DNA of 64,000 nt from assembly GCA_963833985.1 (NCBI GenBank), contig CAWIAD010000001.1, positions 3,392,001 to 3,456,000 of the forward strand. Reading direction: 5' to 3'. The notes beneath the pieces are model-generated. The model did no database searches. It was not told where the DNA came from and worked only from the letters and a program-made list of their open reading frames with translations. The DNA comes from an uncultured Planctomycetaceae bacterium (GTDB lineage Bacteria; Planctomycetota; Planctomycetia; Isosphaerales; Isosphaeraceae). Shown piece after piece: positions 62,120 through 64,000 of this stretch; within the stretch, counting starts at the first letter, position 1; every line of letters starts with the position of its first letter. Made by a program: the position numbers and the translations under genes.

Positions 62120-62296
62120 ATGGAACCACGTGGCGTGTACCGAGAACGTAACGGCGAGGGCGATCAACCGAGCGCTCGCGTCAAATATGATGAGCACCAG
62201 GAGCTCGACGTGCCCGAAGACCGATATCGGGCAAGGGGCTACCAACCGCCTTTCGACAAGTTGCCCTGGAAAGATGAAATAGCCAATGACGCTTAG
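62120..62296 (+). CDS. Small hypothetical protein
   Basis: 58 aa MEPRGVYRE..YRARGYQPPFDKLPWKDE, protein-like; no RBS evident. Confidence 0.4.
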   Translation: MEPRGVYRERNGEGDQPSARVKYDEHQELDVPEDRYRARGYQPPFDKLPWKDEIANDA

Positions 62297-62540
62297 GGCT
62301 CTCAAAGCGCCGCCCAGCATGGGCCGCTTAAAGCGCGTCCTGCCACTCATTGCGTCGGAAATATTTTTAAAACCGAGACTTCGCCTGTTTGGGCTTTTGC
62401 CCACGAATGCGCGTTGCGATCGCTGATCTGCCGTTGACAGCCAGCGCTTCCGTTGTCACGTTTGCTGCGCATCAACGCATGCAAAGTGCGGCGGGAACAA
62501 CTGCCGCTATTGGCGCCTCGAGCGCACCGGGAGGATATCC

Positions 62541-64000
62541 ATGACGCGAATCGGGAAAACGATGCTGCTTGCGGGAACGATAGCGCTTCCGCTTGGAGGT
62601 TTTGCTGCCGCGCAGGAGACCGGCGGGGGTGGCGGCGCGGGACCGCGGCAAATGTGCCGATACCGACGGTCAGCCAATCGATGCTCAACAACGCCGCGAG
62701 CGACAGCAAGAACTTCCTGGCCACCAACGGCAACTACAATCAAACCCGCTTCCATCCTGCCAGTCAGATCACGACGTCAAACGTCAAAAACCTGCACGTC
62801 GCCTGGATTTTCCAGACCGACGTCAAGGAATCGACGGAGACCTCGCCGATCATTGTCAACGGCGTGATGTATGTCACCACCTCGTTCGACCACGTCTATG
62901 CGCTGAACGCGCAGACCGGCGAGCAGCTCTGGCACTACAAGCACGACATGGGTCCGATCACGGTCTATTGCTGCGGGCCAAACAATCGCGGCGTTGCGGT
63001 GCTCGGCGACAAAGTTTATCTCGCCACCCTTGACGCGAAACTCGTCGCGCTCGATGCCAAGACCGGCAAGCCGGTGTGGTCGCAGCAGATCGCCGATCCA
63101 TCGCTCGGCTACAGCGAGACCATGGCGCCGACGGCCGTCGACGGAAAAATCCTGGTCGGCACCAACGGCGGCGAATACGGCATCCGTGGCTTCGTCAAGG
63201 CGTATGACGCCAACGATGGCAAGCTATTGTGGACGTTCGAGACAATTCCCGAGAACTCAGCCGGCGTTTGGGCGACCAAAGACGCCACCGGTCGCGACAT
63301 GCATCGCGACATTGCCGCCGAGAAGGATACGCTGGCCAAGAACGGCGATCCCTACAAAACGCTCGGCGGTGGCGTGTGGCAGAATCCGTCAGTGGACCTC
63401 GCCACGAAGCGCATCTATTTCGTGGTCGGCAATCCGTCGCCCGATCTCGATGGCGCCATACGACCCGGCGACAACCTCTATACCGACTCGCTGGTTTCGG
63501 TTGATCTCGATACCGGCAAGCTCGCCTGCTACTTCCAGTATGTCCCGCACGACGTCTGGGATCTCGACGCCGTGAGCCCGACCGTCCTCGTCAGCGCCAA
63601 GGATAAGGGCGGCAAGACCGTTCCCGCCGTGCTGCATGCCGGCAAGACCGGATACATCTATGTGCACGATCGCAAGGATTGCAGCCTGATCCGCTTCTCC
63701 GAACCGATGGTGTCGCAAAAGGACCGGTGGGTGCTGCCGACGCCGACCCAGCCGCTCGATGCGAAGTCGGCGCGCATGTTCCCGGGCGCCAATGGCGGCG
63801 TGGAATGGTCGCCGATAGCGACCAACCCGGGTCTCAACCTGGCCTATGCAATTAATCTCGAGCAGGAGATGACCTACACCGTAGCGAGCGCCCCGTATCC
63901 CGACGGCAAGCTCTGGCTCGGGGGCGCCTTCACGAACGTGCCCGGCGGTATCCAGGCCGGCAACGTGACGGCGGTCGACTACGACACCGGCAAGATCAAA
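62541..64000 (+). CDS. PQQ-dependent alcohol dehydrogenase-family quinoprotein; frameshifted near 5' end, runs off window
   Basis: RBS GGGAGG, signal peptide, [61 protein letters not shown]. Confidence 0.88.

Overview
GC-rich chromosomal window from an alphaproteobacterium, most likely Hyphomicrobiales/Rhizobiales (inferred from gene content, gene order and intergenic repeat types). Core content: a hopanoid cluster (hpnB, hpnC, hpnD, hpnE, shc, hpnH, ispH, hpnN), tRNA-Val(GAC), tRNA-Leu(CAA), dsbB, an HNH nuclease, an esterase, alkA, gluQ, ethylmalonyl-CoA pathway genes (ecm, ccrA, mcd) with a PduO-type adenosyltransferase, etfBA and hbd, an ArsR-SRPBCC-VOC-DUF899 operon and the start of a PQQ dehydrogenase. 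Four accessory-looking blocks interrupt it: (1) about 16.6-32.6 kb next to tRNA-Leu (carbonic anhydrase, short MetE-like protein, flavin monooxygenases, transporters); (2) a 34.3-39.0 kb putative metal-uptake locus; (3) a PAP2 + two GT87 cassette between ecm and ccrA, flanked by a 17-bp direct repeat; (4) AraC-LLM-SDR. The best candidate for an undescribed system is block 2. It has an MnoP-like two-barrel porin directly behind a class-I cobalamin riboswitch, a second apparently orphan short cobalamin riboswitch, and three phased Irr-type boxes in front of a divergent unknown outer-membrane protein + cupredoxin pair. About 19 genes show small-indel frameshifts, most likely sequencing errors. 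No CRISPR array, integrase or transposase was seen. Family assignments come from motif recognition, not database searches.
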